Shown: in pieces, positions 9,625-17,944 of the stretch | Numbering within the stretch: position 1 is the stretch's first letter | How the letters are laid out: each line of letters begins with the position of its first letter | DNA from: Pirellula sp. | GTDB taxonomy: Bacteria; Planctomycetota; Planctomycetia; Pirellulales; PNKZ01 | Assembly (NCBI GenBank): GCA_013822735.1 | Contig: PNKZ01000022.1 | Coordinates: 39,625-103,624 of the forward strand | Length of the DNA stretch: 64,000 nt | Direction: 5' to 3' | Program-made: the position numbers and the translations under genes | Notes under the pieces: model-generated | Seen by the model: only the letters and a program-made list of their open reading frames with translations | What the model was told of the DNA's origin: nothing | The model's database searches: none

Positions 9625-9985
9625 GGCTTCGTACGGGGCTCGCGCTGATAGGAAGGATGCAATAAGTCCAAAGAGTGCCGTATTTTAGGGAAGGTTCAGG
9701 GTGGGTCAACGTCAACCCCCGCAGCCCGGAGTGCCGGCACCGCGAAAGGCAGCGACCGGACGGACTTACGGGAAATGCCGAGTGCGAACTGCTGCATACG
9801 GAACAGGAAAATGACGAAGACTCCCGTGCGATGGGCGAAAGAAGCTGATTGCACGTCGCCTCGGGCTTAGCCCGGCCGTCGACGGCCGGAACCCAATCCA
9901 AGGGCCGGCAACATGCATCGCCCGACACTCCACGTACAATAGGGAATGTCGCCCTTGCCGCCCCGTCTCTGCGTGAGTTCTTCGC

Positions 9986-10552
9986 ATGCTCGTCCCCTGT
10001 CATCGGTTCTTGCTGATCGCCGGTCTACTCACGGGGGCATGCTTCGGTTGCCAAGATAAGAAGTCGGGGGGCGGCTCGTCGTCGGGAGGTTCCGGCGGCG
10101 CGCAAGCCGCGAACACCGAGCCGCCGCATGAAATCAAAGACCATGCCGAATCGGCGACGTTTCGCATGCAAACGATGTCCAGCGTGATCGGCTCCAACTA
10201 CGAAACGCGGGTCGAAGAATATGCCGAAGCACGGGACTGGCTCAAGAACGATCGGAACCGACCGGCAAAAGTTCCGCGAGCTTTGTTGGAGCAGCTTGTC
10301 GCCGACTTCTATGCGGCCGGCGCGGAGAAGGTCTACGTCTCGGGGCTCGTCACCGGCGACGAAGGCTCCCGGAGCGACGGTCTCGTCGTCCTGATTTCGC
10401 CGACCGAACACGAACCAAGAAACCGTGTGCTCGAAGTTCGCAACAAGCACTACGCCAGCTATCTGCCGACGGTCGGAAAGCCCGAGCTCGTCGAATCTCT
10501 CTCGCGCTCCGAAGCCAGCCTCGCGGCGGTCATCGTCGAACTGAAGTATTAG
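9986..10552 (+). CDS. hypothetical lipoprotein
   Basis: Signal peptide plus lipobox (LLTGACFGC) followed by a Gly/Ser linker. Coding-like composition. 8 nt upstream of the next gene. Confidence 0.6.
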   Translation: MLVPCHRFLLIAGLLTGACFGCQDKKSGGGSSSGGSGGAQAANTEPPHEIKDHAESATFRMQTMSSVIGSNYETRVEEYAEARDWLKNDRNRPAKVPRALLEQLVADFYAAGAEKVYVSGLVTGDEGSRSDGLVVLISPTEHEPRNRVLEVRNKHYASYLPTVGKPELVESLSRSEASLAAVIVELKY

Positions 10553-10560
10553 GAGTCGCC

Positions 10561-10926
10561 GTGCCGCAATTGAAAGCCGTCTCGCGCTGGTTGCTCGCCC
10601 TCTTCCTGATGGTTGCGGGGGTCATGCATTTCGTGAGGCCGGAGTTTTATCTGAAGATCATGCCGCCGTACCTGCCGTGGCATTTGGAATTGGTATATCT
10701 CAGCGGCGTCGCGGAGTTTGTTCTGGGGGCTCTGCTGATTCCGACACGCACGCGCAAGCTCGCCGCCTGGGGCATCATCGCACTGTTGCTCGCCGTCTTC
10801 CCGGCAAACATCTATCTCTTTCAACATCAAGAAATTCTGCCCGCACCGCCGCTCGTGCATCTGGCAAGATTACCGTTGCAAGCCATTTTCATCCTTTGGG
10901 CTTGGTGGCACACGCGGCCCGAGTAA
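10561..10926 (+). CDS. DoxX-like family small membrane protein
   Basis: 121 aa with four hydrophobic helices (WLLALFLMVAGVMHF.., GVAEFVLGALLIP, GIIALLLAVFPANIY). GTG start. Confidence 0.65.
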   Translation: MPQLKAVSRWLLALFLMVAGVMHFVRPEFYLKIMPPYLPWHLELVYLSGVAEFVLGALLIPTRTRKLAAWGIIALLLAVFPANIYLFQHQEILPAPPLVHLARLPLQAIFILWAWWHTRPE

Positions 10927-11116
10927 AACCGTCGCGCGTGAATGTCAACGACACTTTTGGGCCGGCCAAAAATCGCCTGGAGATTCGCGCGGCTTTGCGG
11001 TACGGTGCGGAGTGGTGGCAAGACCGAAGACTGAAGACTTAAGACCGAAGTGGAGTGGGGCCGGCGGCGGCCGACGACTGCACGTAAGTCTTTACTCTTC
11101 GGTCTTCCCTCTTGAC

Positions 11117-11252
11117 CACTTACGTCGACGGGCCGAACGGGCACTGCGCAGATAACTCGGGGTTATCTGCGCACAACCTCAAAACCCACAAGGGGTGCGC
11201 AGATAGGTCGAGTTATCTGCGCACGCGGTGGTCGGGCCAATCGACGTAAGTG
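11117..11252. repeat. nested palindromic element: outer stem enclosing two tandem hairpins that share the same stem sequence
   Basis: Outer arms are 11117..11134 cacttacgtcgacgggcc and 11235..11252 ggccaatcgacgtaagtg. Hairpin 1 is TGCGCAGATAAC(11145-11156)/GTTATCTGCGCA(11162-11173). Hairpin 2 is GTGCGCAGATA(11195-11205)/TATCTGCGCAC(11214-11224). Confidence 0.6.
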
Positions 11253-11274
11253 ATGAAACAGACGCTAGGCGTTA

Positions 11275-11404
11275 GGCGAGCGTCGAGCCGTGAGGCCGAC
11301 GTGTCGGGAGCGTTGGGCAGTGCATCGTTATCGAGAAACCGACGAATGAGACTTTCAAAACGAGTGTCTACCGGACACGTCGGGCTTACGCCTCGACGCT
11401 CGCC
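11275..11404. repeat. imperfect 33-nt inverted repeat (GGCGAGCGTCGAGCCGTGAGGCCGACGTGTCGG family)
   Basis: Left arm 11275..11307 and right arm 11371..11404 (ccggacacgtcgggcttacgcctcgacgctcgcc). A third copy lies at 17856..17888, about 31/33 identical to the left arm by eye. Confidence 0.5.
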
Positions 11405-11485
11405 CCAAAAAATTGCTTCGCACCTGCGGCTTGCTACAGTGACGTTTCCACGCCTTCCCCTTCGCCCGCCCTGCGAGAACTTGTC

Positions 11486-12796
11486 ATGAACACGCGCCGC
11501 GAATTCTTGGAACAATCGACCGTGGCGCTCGCCGCCGCTTCCGCCATGGTGCACACTTCGAGCGAGGTTCAGGCCGCCGAAGGGCGAACCGTCACCATGG
11601 CCGCGATCGGTTGCGGAGGGCAGGGGACGAGCCTGCTCAAGACGTTCGCGGATATGCCCGACGTGAAGATCGCCTACGTGTGCGACCCGGACGAGGCCCG
11701 CGCCGCAAAGGCCGCCGACGCCGTCAAAGACAAGCAATCGCCGAAGACGATCAGCGACCTGCGACGCGTACTCGACGACCCGGCGGTCGAAGCCGTGACC
11801 GTGGCCACGCCCGATCATTGGCATGCTCCGGCGACGCTCCTGGCGTTGGCGGCCGGCAAGCATGTGTACGTCGAGAAGCCTTGCTCGCACAACATTCGCG
11901 AAGGCCGGCTGATGGTGGAAGCGGCCGAACGCACAAAGAAGATCGTGCAGGTCGGAACGCAGTCGCGCTCGACGCCGTTCATCCGCGAGATGTTCGCCAA
12001 GCTGCGCGACGGCATCATCGGCGAGATCGTCGTCGCGAAAGCGTGGAACAGCCAGCGCCGGAAAGACATCGGTCACCTGCAGCCGAGCGAAGCCCCCGGC
12101 GGATTCGACTACGACCTTTGGATCGGCCCGGCGCCGATGGTGCCGTTTCAAGCCAATCGGCAGCACTACAACTGGCACTGGTGGTACGACTTCGGCACCG
12201 GCGACGCCGGAAACGACGGCGTGCATGAGCTCGATATCGCCCGTTGGGGACTCGGCGTCGACGTGCATCCTTCGCGCGTCGCGGCGGTGGGCGGCAAGTA
12301 CGGCTTCGACGACGATCAGCAATTCCCCGACACGCTCTACACGGCGTTCGACTACCCGAGCGACGGCGCGGTCGGGCACAAGAAGCAACTGATTTTCGAG
12401 ATGCGGATCTGGTCTCCCTACAAACAGGAAGGGCATGACAATGCCTGCGCGTTCTACGGGACCAACGGCATGCTCATTCTCGGCAAGAACGGCGGCTACA
12501 AACTCTACGGTCCCGGCAGCAAGCTGATCGAAGAAGCGTCCGGCAAGGCCGACACGCAGGCCCACCGCCGCAACTTCGTCGACTGCGTTTACTCCGGCCA
12601 AAAGCCGAATGCCGATATTCTCAACGGTCACCTCTCGGCGACGCTCTGTCACTTAGCAAATATCGCGGCCCGCACGGGTCGCACGCTGCAATTCGACCCT
12701 GCCAAGGAAGAGATCGTCGGCGACGCGGAAGCGGCGGCCTTGGTCGGTCGCACGTATCGCGAAGGGCACTGGGCGGTGCCGAAGGTAAGTAGCTAG
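11486..12796 (+). CDS. Gfo/Idh/MocA family oxidoreductase with Tat signal
   Basis: 436 aa. Twin-arginine motif (TRREFLEQS) and Rossmann N-terminus (MAAIGCGGQG). Family-typical EKP motif (YVEKPCSHN) and C-terminal domain. Confidence 0.85.
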   Translation: MNTRREFLEQSTVALAAASAMVHTSSEVQAAEGRTVTMAAIGCGGQGTSLLKTFADMPDVKIAYVCDPDEARAAKAADAVKDKQSPKTISDLRRVLDDPAVEAVTVATPDHWHAPATLLALAAGKHVYVEKPCSHNIREGRLMVEAAERTKKIVQVGTQSRSTPFIREMFAKLRDGIIGEIVVAKAWNSQRRKDIGHLQPSEAPGGFDYDLWIGPAPMVPFQANRQHYNWHWWYDFGTGDAGNDGVHELDIARWGLGVDVHPSRVAAVGGKYGFDDDQQFPDTLYTAFDYPSDGAVGHKKQLIFEMRIWSPYKQEGHDNACAFYGTNGMLILGKNGGYKLYGPGSKLIEEASGKADTQAHRRNFVDCVYSGQKPNADILNGHLSATLCHLANIAARTGRTLQFDPAKEEIVGDAEAAALVGRTYREGHWAVPKVSS

Positions 12797-12817
12797 TGAC
12801 TGGTAGCTAGTAGCTAG
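12789..12817 (+). repeat. stop-codon-dense 29-nt element GTAGCTAGTGACTGGTAGCTAGTAGCTAG
   Basis: It overlaps the TAG stop (12794-12796) of the oxidoreductase gene. A second copy lies at 35190..35218, in the same orientation relative to groEL, with 1 mismatch. Confidence 0.6.
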
Positions 12818-12838
12818 AACAGAAAAGCCGAGAGGAGA

Positions 12839-13375
12839 TCACCACAACGGTTTTCTGCCGATCATGCGGCGGACGAGCGAGATCTGGCCGGCGTGCACCA
12901 TTTCATGGCGCGTGCACCAGAGCAACGATCCGAGCTTGGTATGGAACAGACGGTGCGGCTTGAGCGGCGGCAGATCGAGATCGGCGTCGGCGAGGCGACT
13001 ACATTCATCGAGCGACGCTTTGTAAACACGGTCGAACACCGCGCGAATCTCGTCGACCGGCGGATACTTCTTGCTGTCGGCGTCGGGCGTCGAACCTTTG
13101 CCGAAAATGGTGAGCATCGCCAGCGAAATGAGTCGGTTGTCGGATTCGCGCTCGCCGCGAATACGGTCGAGACAGAGTCGATATTGGGCCATCGCCAAAT
13201 GCCCGACTTGCCACGCGATGTGCGTCACGCCGCCGGGCATTGCAAACCAATCCTGCGGTTGCAAATCGGCGAGCAACTCCCATGTATAAGCGCGTGCCGA
13301 ACGAATCTGATCGAGAGCCAGCTGCAACCGAATCGACTGCGCTTCCCCAGACTGCGGTGCCTCTGACAATGCCAT
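12839..13375 (-). CDS. DinB-family (DinB_2-like) four-helix-bundle protein
   Basis: 178 aa. Spaced His residues typical of the DinB metal triad (HIAWQVGH .. RHEMVHAGQ). ATG verified. Confidence 0.75.
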   Translation of the reverse strand: MALSEAPQSGEAQSIRLQLALDQIRSARAYTWELLADLQPQDWFAMPGGVTHIAWQVGHLAMAQYRLCLDRIRGERESDNRLISLAMLTIFGKGSTPDADSKKYPPVDEIRAVFDRVYKASLDECSRLADADLDLPPLKPHRLFHTKLGSLLWCTRHEMVHAGQISLVRRMIGRKPLW

Positions 13376-13654
13376 TCCGTCCCCTTACGTTTCTTCCTCG
13401 AACCCAGCGCAATTCTAGCTCACGAAGCACACCCGCCTATGCCGTTGCAGGGTGCCGCACAAAGATCGACCGATGGGAGAAGACCGACCGACCCGTTTTG
13501 ATTAGACTTGTAATTGTTGCCGCAGTACCGCCTGGCGCACATGAAGTAAACGCCCCCGGTCGATAAGAGATCAACGCACCGCAGACACACAATCGTTCAC
13601 CTTGAAGTGCGGCGTCACTTTGTCGCACTGTTCCGACGCCAACTACTCCCACGC

Positions 13655-15313
13655 ATGGGCCTACTAAAAATATCCGGTGGTACGCTTTACGATCCGACCA
13701 ACGGCATCGACGGTGTCGTGCGCGATGTTTGGATCGAGAATGATCGAATCGTCGCGGCGCCGAGCGATCCGAGCGCGCGCGCGGAGCGAACCATCGATGC
13801 GAGCGGACTTGTCGTCATGCCCGGCGGCGTCGATATGCACTGCCATATCGCAGGTCCCAAGGTCAATGTGGCGCGCAAGCTGAGGCCGGAAGAAAAGCGC
13901 ACGGCCGAACCTGTGCGACGCACTCCCCGAACGCGAAGCGGCACCATGGGCAGCGTGCCGAGCACGTTCGCCACCGGCTACAAATATGCCGGCCTCGGTT
14001 ATACGACCGCCGTCGACGCCGCCGTGCCTGCCTTGGCCGCCCGGCATGCGCATGAGGAGTTTGCCGACACGCCTTGCCTTGATAAGGCATTTCTGGTGTT
14101 GCTCGGCAACAACCATTACGCGATGCGAGCCATCGCGGACGGCGATCTGGAACGTCTCGACGGTTTCACGGCTTGGCTGCTCGCGAGCGCCAAAGGCTAC
14201 GGCGCGAAACTCGTGAACCCCGGCGGCGTGGAAGTGTGGAAGCAGCGACAAGCGGGCAACGTGCATGGGCTCGACGACGAAGTCCCGAGCTTCGACGTGA
14301 CGCCCCGGGCCATCATTCGCGAAATGGCCCGGGCCGCTGATCGATTGCGGTTGCCCCACAGCGTACACATCCACGCCAACAATCTCGGCATGCCGGGCAA
14401 CTGGACCACGACGCTTGAAACGATGCGGGCCCTCGAAGGGGCACGCGGGCACATGACGCACATCCAGTTTCACAGCTACGGCGGCGGCGACGCCGACGAA
14501 ACGACGTTCAACTCGCGCGTGCCCGTGCTGGCCGAATATGTCAACGCGAACAAGAATATCACGGTCGACGTCGGCCAAGTGATGTTCGGCAAGACGACGA
14601 GCATGACCGGCGACGGCCCGGTCGGCTACTACCTGAGCAACTTGTATCGCACGAAATGGTTCTCGGCCGACACCGAACAGGAAGCCGGCTGCGGCATCGC
14701 GCCGATCGAGTACAAGCGAAAGAGCATCGTGCACGCGCTGCAATGGGCCATCGGGCTCGAGTGGTACTTGCTGGTCGACGATCCGTGGCGCGTCGTGATG
14801 AGCACCGACCACCCCAACGGCGGCTCGTTCCTCGCCTATCCGCAAATCATTCGCTTACTCATGGATCGCACTTACCGCGAAGAAGTGATCAAGACGCTGC
14901 CCGAGGAAGTGCGCACCCGTTCATCGCTCGCCGACCTCAAGCGAGAATACACGCTCCACGAGATCGCGATCATCACGCGCGCCGGCCCGGCCCGAATTCT
15001 CGGCTTGAAGAACAAGGGACATCTCGGCCCGGGTGCGGACGCCGACATCACGATCTACACGCCCGACGCCGACCAAGAAACGATGTTCGCGCTGCCGCGG
15101 TTTGTGATCAAAGCAGGCCGTGTGATCGTGGAGCAAGGAGACATCCGCGAAGAAACCTACGGTAAGTCGTTGCACATCGCCCCGGCCTTCGACCCAGGCT
15201 TGGTGCCCGACATTGCCCGCTGGTTTGAAGATCACTACTCGATTCAATTCGCCAACTATCCGGTGGATGCGAGCTATTTGCACTCGCCGGAAATCGTCGG
15301 CTGCGGCAACTAG
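13655..15313 (+). CDS. fhcA: formylmethanofuran dehydrogenase subunit A homologue (FwdA/FhcA, amidohydrolase fold)
   Basis: Near full-length resemblance to archaeal FwdA as I remember it (DASGLVVMPGGVDMHCHIAGPKVNVARKLRPEE, HEEFADTPCLDKA, HIQFHSYGG, FANYPVD). The ATG at 13655 (MGLLKISGG) is preferred over the ORF start 13607. Confidence 0.85.
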   Translation: MGLLKISGGTLYDPTNGIDGVVRDVWIENDRIVAAPSDPSARAERTIDASGLVVMPGGVDMHCHIAGPKVNVARKLRPEEKRTAEPVRRTPRTRSGTMGSVPSTFATGYKYAGLGYTTAVDAAVPALAARHAHEEFADTPCLDKAFLVLLGNNHYAMRAIADGDLERLDGFTAWLLASAKGYGAKLVNPGGVEVWKQRQAGNVHGLDDEVPSFDVTPRAIIREMARAADRLRLPHSVHIHANNLGMPGNWTTTLETMRALEGARGHMTHIQFHSYGGGDADETTFNSRVPVLAEYVNANKNITVDVGQVMFGKTTSMTGDGPVGYYLSNLYRTKWFSADTEQEAGCGIAPIEYKRKSIVHALQWAIGLEWYLLVDDPWRVVMSTDHPNGGSFLAYPQIIRLLMDRTYREEVIKTLPEEVRTRSSLADLKREYTLHEIAIITRAGPARILGLKNKGHLGPGADADITIYTPDADQETMFALPRFVIKAGRVIVEQGDIREETYGKSLHIAPAFDPGLVPDIARWFEDHYSIQFANYPVDASYLHSPEIVGCGN

Positions 15314-15336
15314 CAATAGCCGACTCTCTCTCATTT

Positions 15337-15376
15337 CCCCTCTCCCCTTGCGGGAGAGAGGCCAGGGGTGAGGGGT
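15337..15376. repeat. interspersed palindromic repeat CCCCTCTCCCCTTGCGGGAGAGAGGCCAGGGGTGAGGGG
   Basis: Copy 1 of 3; the others are at 20688..20723 (inverted) and 47717..47755. It contains the hairpin CCTCTCCC-ttgc-GGGAGAGG. Confidence 0.7.
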
Positions 15377-15424
15377 CAGTATTTTTACATCGCCCGTTTT
15401 TCAATCGCCTGAGAAGAAGCCCGC

Positions 15425-17833
15425 GTGAAGCGTTTCCGCTGGATCATCGTCCTGCTCGTACTCCTAGCGACGTCGCTGGCGCTCGGCTCGTGGTCGTATC
15501 GGGCCACACAGGCCTCGAAGACCTACACCGCCTCGTACGTCGGTCGCAGTTCGTGCAACGCCTGCCATGCGCAACAGGTGCATTCGTGGACCGGCTCGCA
15601 TCACGACTTGGCCATGGACCCTGCGACGGAAGAGACCGTCGTCGACCCGAAGGCGTTCGACAACCAGGAGTTTACGCACCAGGGGGTCACGTCGAAGTTC
15701 TTCCGTAAAGACGGTAAGTTCTTCGTGACGACCGACGATGCCGACGGTAAGCTCGCGACGTTTGAGATCAAATACGTCTTCGGCGTCGATCCGCTGCAGC
15801 AGTACATGGTCGAGTTCCCCGACAAGAAAAAAGTCCGCACGCCGCAGGGAGAAGAGATCGAACTGCCCTCGGGGCGCGTCCAGGTCCTGTCGATTGCCTG
15901 GGATACCGACAAGGGACGCTGGTTCCATCTCTACCCGAAGCAGAAGATTCCGGCCGGCGATTGGCTCCACTGGACCGGCGGCGGACAGAACTGGAACTAC
16001 ATGTGCGCCGAGTGCCACAGCACCGATCTGCAAAAGAAGTTCGACGTCGCGAAAAACGAGTACCACACGACGTTCGCCGAGATCGACGTGAGTTGCGAAG
16101 CGTGCCATGGTCCGGCCGGAGAACACGTGGCCCGCGCCGAAGGGACGCTGGGGTTCAACGACCCGCGCCATTTCCATAGCTACGCACTCAACAAGCTCAA
16201 AGGCCCCGACTCGCTTGCCGAAATCGAGACCTGCGCCCAGTGCCACGCACGCCGGCGCATCGTGCACCCCGACTATCGCCCCGGCAATCGCTTCCGCGAT
16301 TTCTACGAACCGGAAACTCTTGACGGCACCGAGTACTTTGCCGACGGCCAAATCAAAGAAGAACTCTACGAATACGGCTCGTTTCTCCAGAGCCGCATGT
16401 TTCGCGAAGGGGTGCGCTGCTCGAATTGCCACGATCCGCATAGCCTGCAGCCGAAGTTCGCAGGAAATGCGCTCTGCACGCAGTGCCACACTTTGGCGAA
16501 GTACGATACTCCGAACCATCATCACCACGCGACGAATTCGCAGGGGGCACGGTGCGTCGAGTGTCATATGCCGGAGCGGACCTATATGGAGGTCGACCCG
16601 CGCCGTGACCACAGCATTCGCATTCCTCGGCCGGACCTGACGCTGAAGCTCGGTACGCCCAACGCCTGCCAAAGTTGCCACACGAAGCCGACGGAGAACG
16701 TCGAATGGCAACTCGCCAAGGTGCGCGAGTGGTACGGCACGAAGCGCGAGCAGAAGCCGCACTTCGGCGAAGTTCTCGAACGCGGGCGCAAGCAAGATCC
16801 GCACGCCGCGGAAGCGCTCATCGACTTAGCTCGCAATCGCCCGACGGCGACGCCCGACGAGCGGGCCGCGGCGGTGGGCCCGGTCGTGCGCGCGAGCGCC
16901 GTGGCGCTGTTGACGAACTATCCGGGCGAGGAAACTCGCAAAGCCCTGGAACGTGCGCTAAAAGACGACGACTCACTCGTCCGCGTCGCCGCCGTGCGGG
17001 CCATCGACCAATGGCCGGACGACTTGCTGGCGACCTACCAACTGCCGCTGGTTGCCGCGCTTGCCGACCCCGATCGGACGGTGCGCACGGAAGCGGCTCG
17101 CACGCTTACGCGGTTGCCGCCGAACCGCGAGCGCGATCCGAACGGATGGAAGGACTTCGAGCGCGTGTTTGCCGAATGGGTCGAGGGACAGAAGGCCGTC
17201 GACGATCAGCCCGGCACGCATACGGCGATCGGCACCTGCTATGCCAACCTGCTGAAGGCCACGGAGGATATGACCTACCTACCGAAGGCGGAAGCTGCGT
17301 TCCGGCAGGCGCTGAAGATGGAGCCGGCGCACCTGCCGACGGCTCGCAACCTCGCGGCACTCTACGACCTTGTGAACCGCGACGCCGAAGCAGAAGCGGA
17401 ACTTCTGCGCACCCTGGCGCTCGTGCCGAAGATCGATGAACCGGACGAAGCGAAGAAACGCTTCACGGCCGAGACGCAATATGAGCTGGGATGGCTTCTG
17501 TTCCGCGATAAGAGCGGCGCCCGCATCGCCGAAGCCGCTCAATATCTGAAGGCCGCGCTCGACGCAGGCATAAACGTGCCGCAGGCGCGGATGTACTACG
17601 GAATATCGCTCTTGGGCCTGAATCGCTTTAGCGAGGCGGCCGAAGAGCTCACCGCTTTCTGCAAGCAGACGCCGGCCGGCATACAGGCGATGCTGCAATA
17701 CGCCGACGGCTCTCTACGAGCAGAGCAACTCGACGCCGCCAAGGTCTTCTTGAACGTCGTGCTGGCTGCGGACCCTGCGGCGCGCGAACACTATCCGCAG
17801 CTGGGTGAAATGCTACGACGGGCAGGCTTGTAG
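15425..17833 (+). CDS. octahaem c-type cytochrome fused to HEAT/TPR-like helical repeats
   Basis: 802 aa with an N-terminal signal/TM. Eight CxxCH motifs (CNACH, CAECH, CEACH, CAQCH, CSNCH, CTQCH, CVECH, CQSCH) fall in the first ~430 aa. The C-terminal half is helical-repeat-like. GTG start. Confidence 0.85.
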   Translation: MKRFRWIIVLLVLLATSLALGSWSYRATQASKTYTASYVGRSSCNACHAQQVHSWTGSHHDLAMDPATEETVVDPKAFDNQEFTHQGVTSKFFRKDGKFFVTTDDADGKLATFEIKYVFGVDPLQQYMVEFPDKKKVRTPQGEEIELPSGRVQVLSIAWDTDKGRWFHLYPKQKIPAGDWLHWTGGGQNWNYMCAECHSTDLQKKFDVAKNEYHTTFAEIDVSCEACHGPAGEHVARAEGTLGFNDPRHFHSYALNKLKGPDSLAEIETCAQCHARRRIVHPDYRPGNRFRDFYEPETLDGTEYFADGQIKEELYEYGSFLQSRMFREGVRCSNCHDPHSLQPKFAGNALCTQCHTLAKYDTPNHHHHATNSQGARCVECHMPERTYMEVDPRRDHSIRIPRPDLTLKLGTPNACQSCHTKPTENVEWQLAKVREWYGTKREQKPHFGEVLERGRKQDPHAAEALIDLARNRPTATPDERAAAVGPVVRASAVALLTNYPGEETRKALERALKDDDSLVRVAAVRAIDQWPDDLLATYQLPLVAALADPDRTVRTEAARTLTRLPPNRERDPNGWKDFERVFAEWVEGQKAVDDQPGTHTAIGTCYANLLKATEDMTYLPKAEAAFRQALKMEPAHLPTARNLAALYDLVNRDAEAEAELLRTLALVPKIDEPDEAKKRFTAETQYELGWLLFRDKSGARIAEAAQYLKAALDAGINVPQARMYYGISLLGLNRFSEAAEELTAFCKQTPAGIQAMLQYADGSLRAEQLDAAKVFLNVVLAADPAAREHYPQLGEMLRRAGL

Positions 17834-17932
17834 GGAACGCCCTCTGTGGCGTTCCGGCGAGCGTCGAGCCGTAAGGCCGACGTGTCCGAGATTTGGGGTA
17901 GCCTTCGGAACGCCACAGAGGGCGTTCCCTAC
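17830..17932. repeat. perfect 27-bp inverted repeat between convergent genes (probable bidirectional terminator)
   Basis: Left arm 17830..17856 gtagggaacgccctctgtggcgttccg. Right arm 17906..17932 cggaacgccacagagggcgttccctac, an exact reverse complement. Each arm is itself a hairpin (GGAACGCC/GGCGTTCC). The left arm overlaps the cytochrome stop codon. Confidence 0.75.
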
Positions 17933-17944
17933 AGGTCGCCACTC

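Noticed and set aside
11145-11224. Possible mini-CRISPR, given two similar palindromic units.
   Set aside because: There are only two units and the repeats are themselves the hairpin stems. There is no regular repeat-spacer periodicity and there are no cas genes in the window.
11250-11489. Short ORFs lying in repeat-rich spacers (11250..11489, 17805..18068, 36882..37205, 20672..20899, 22689..23024, 2180..2434, 9617..10003).
   Set aside because: They are built from the palindromic repeat families (peptides such as CRERPLWRS, GGVYPRRPDGG, PLSRKGRGE). They have no signal or motif and poor coding character.
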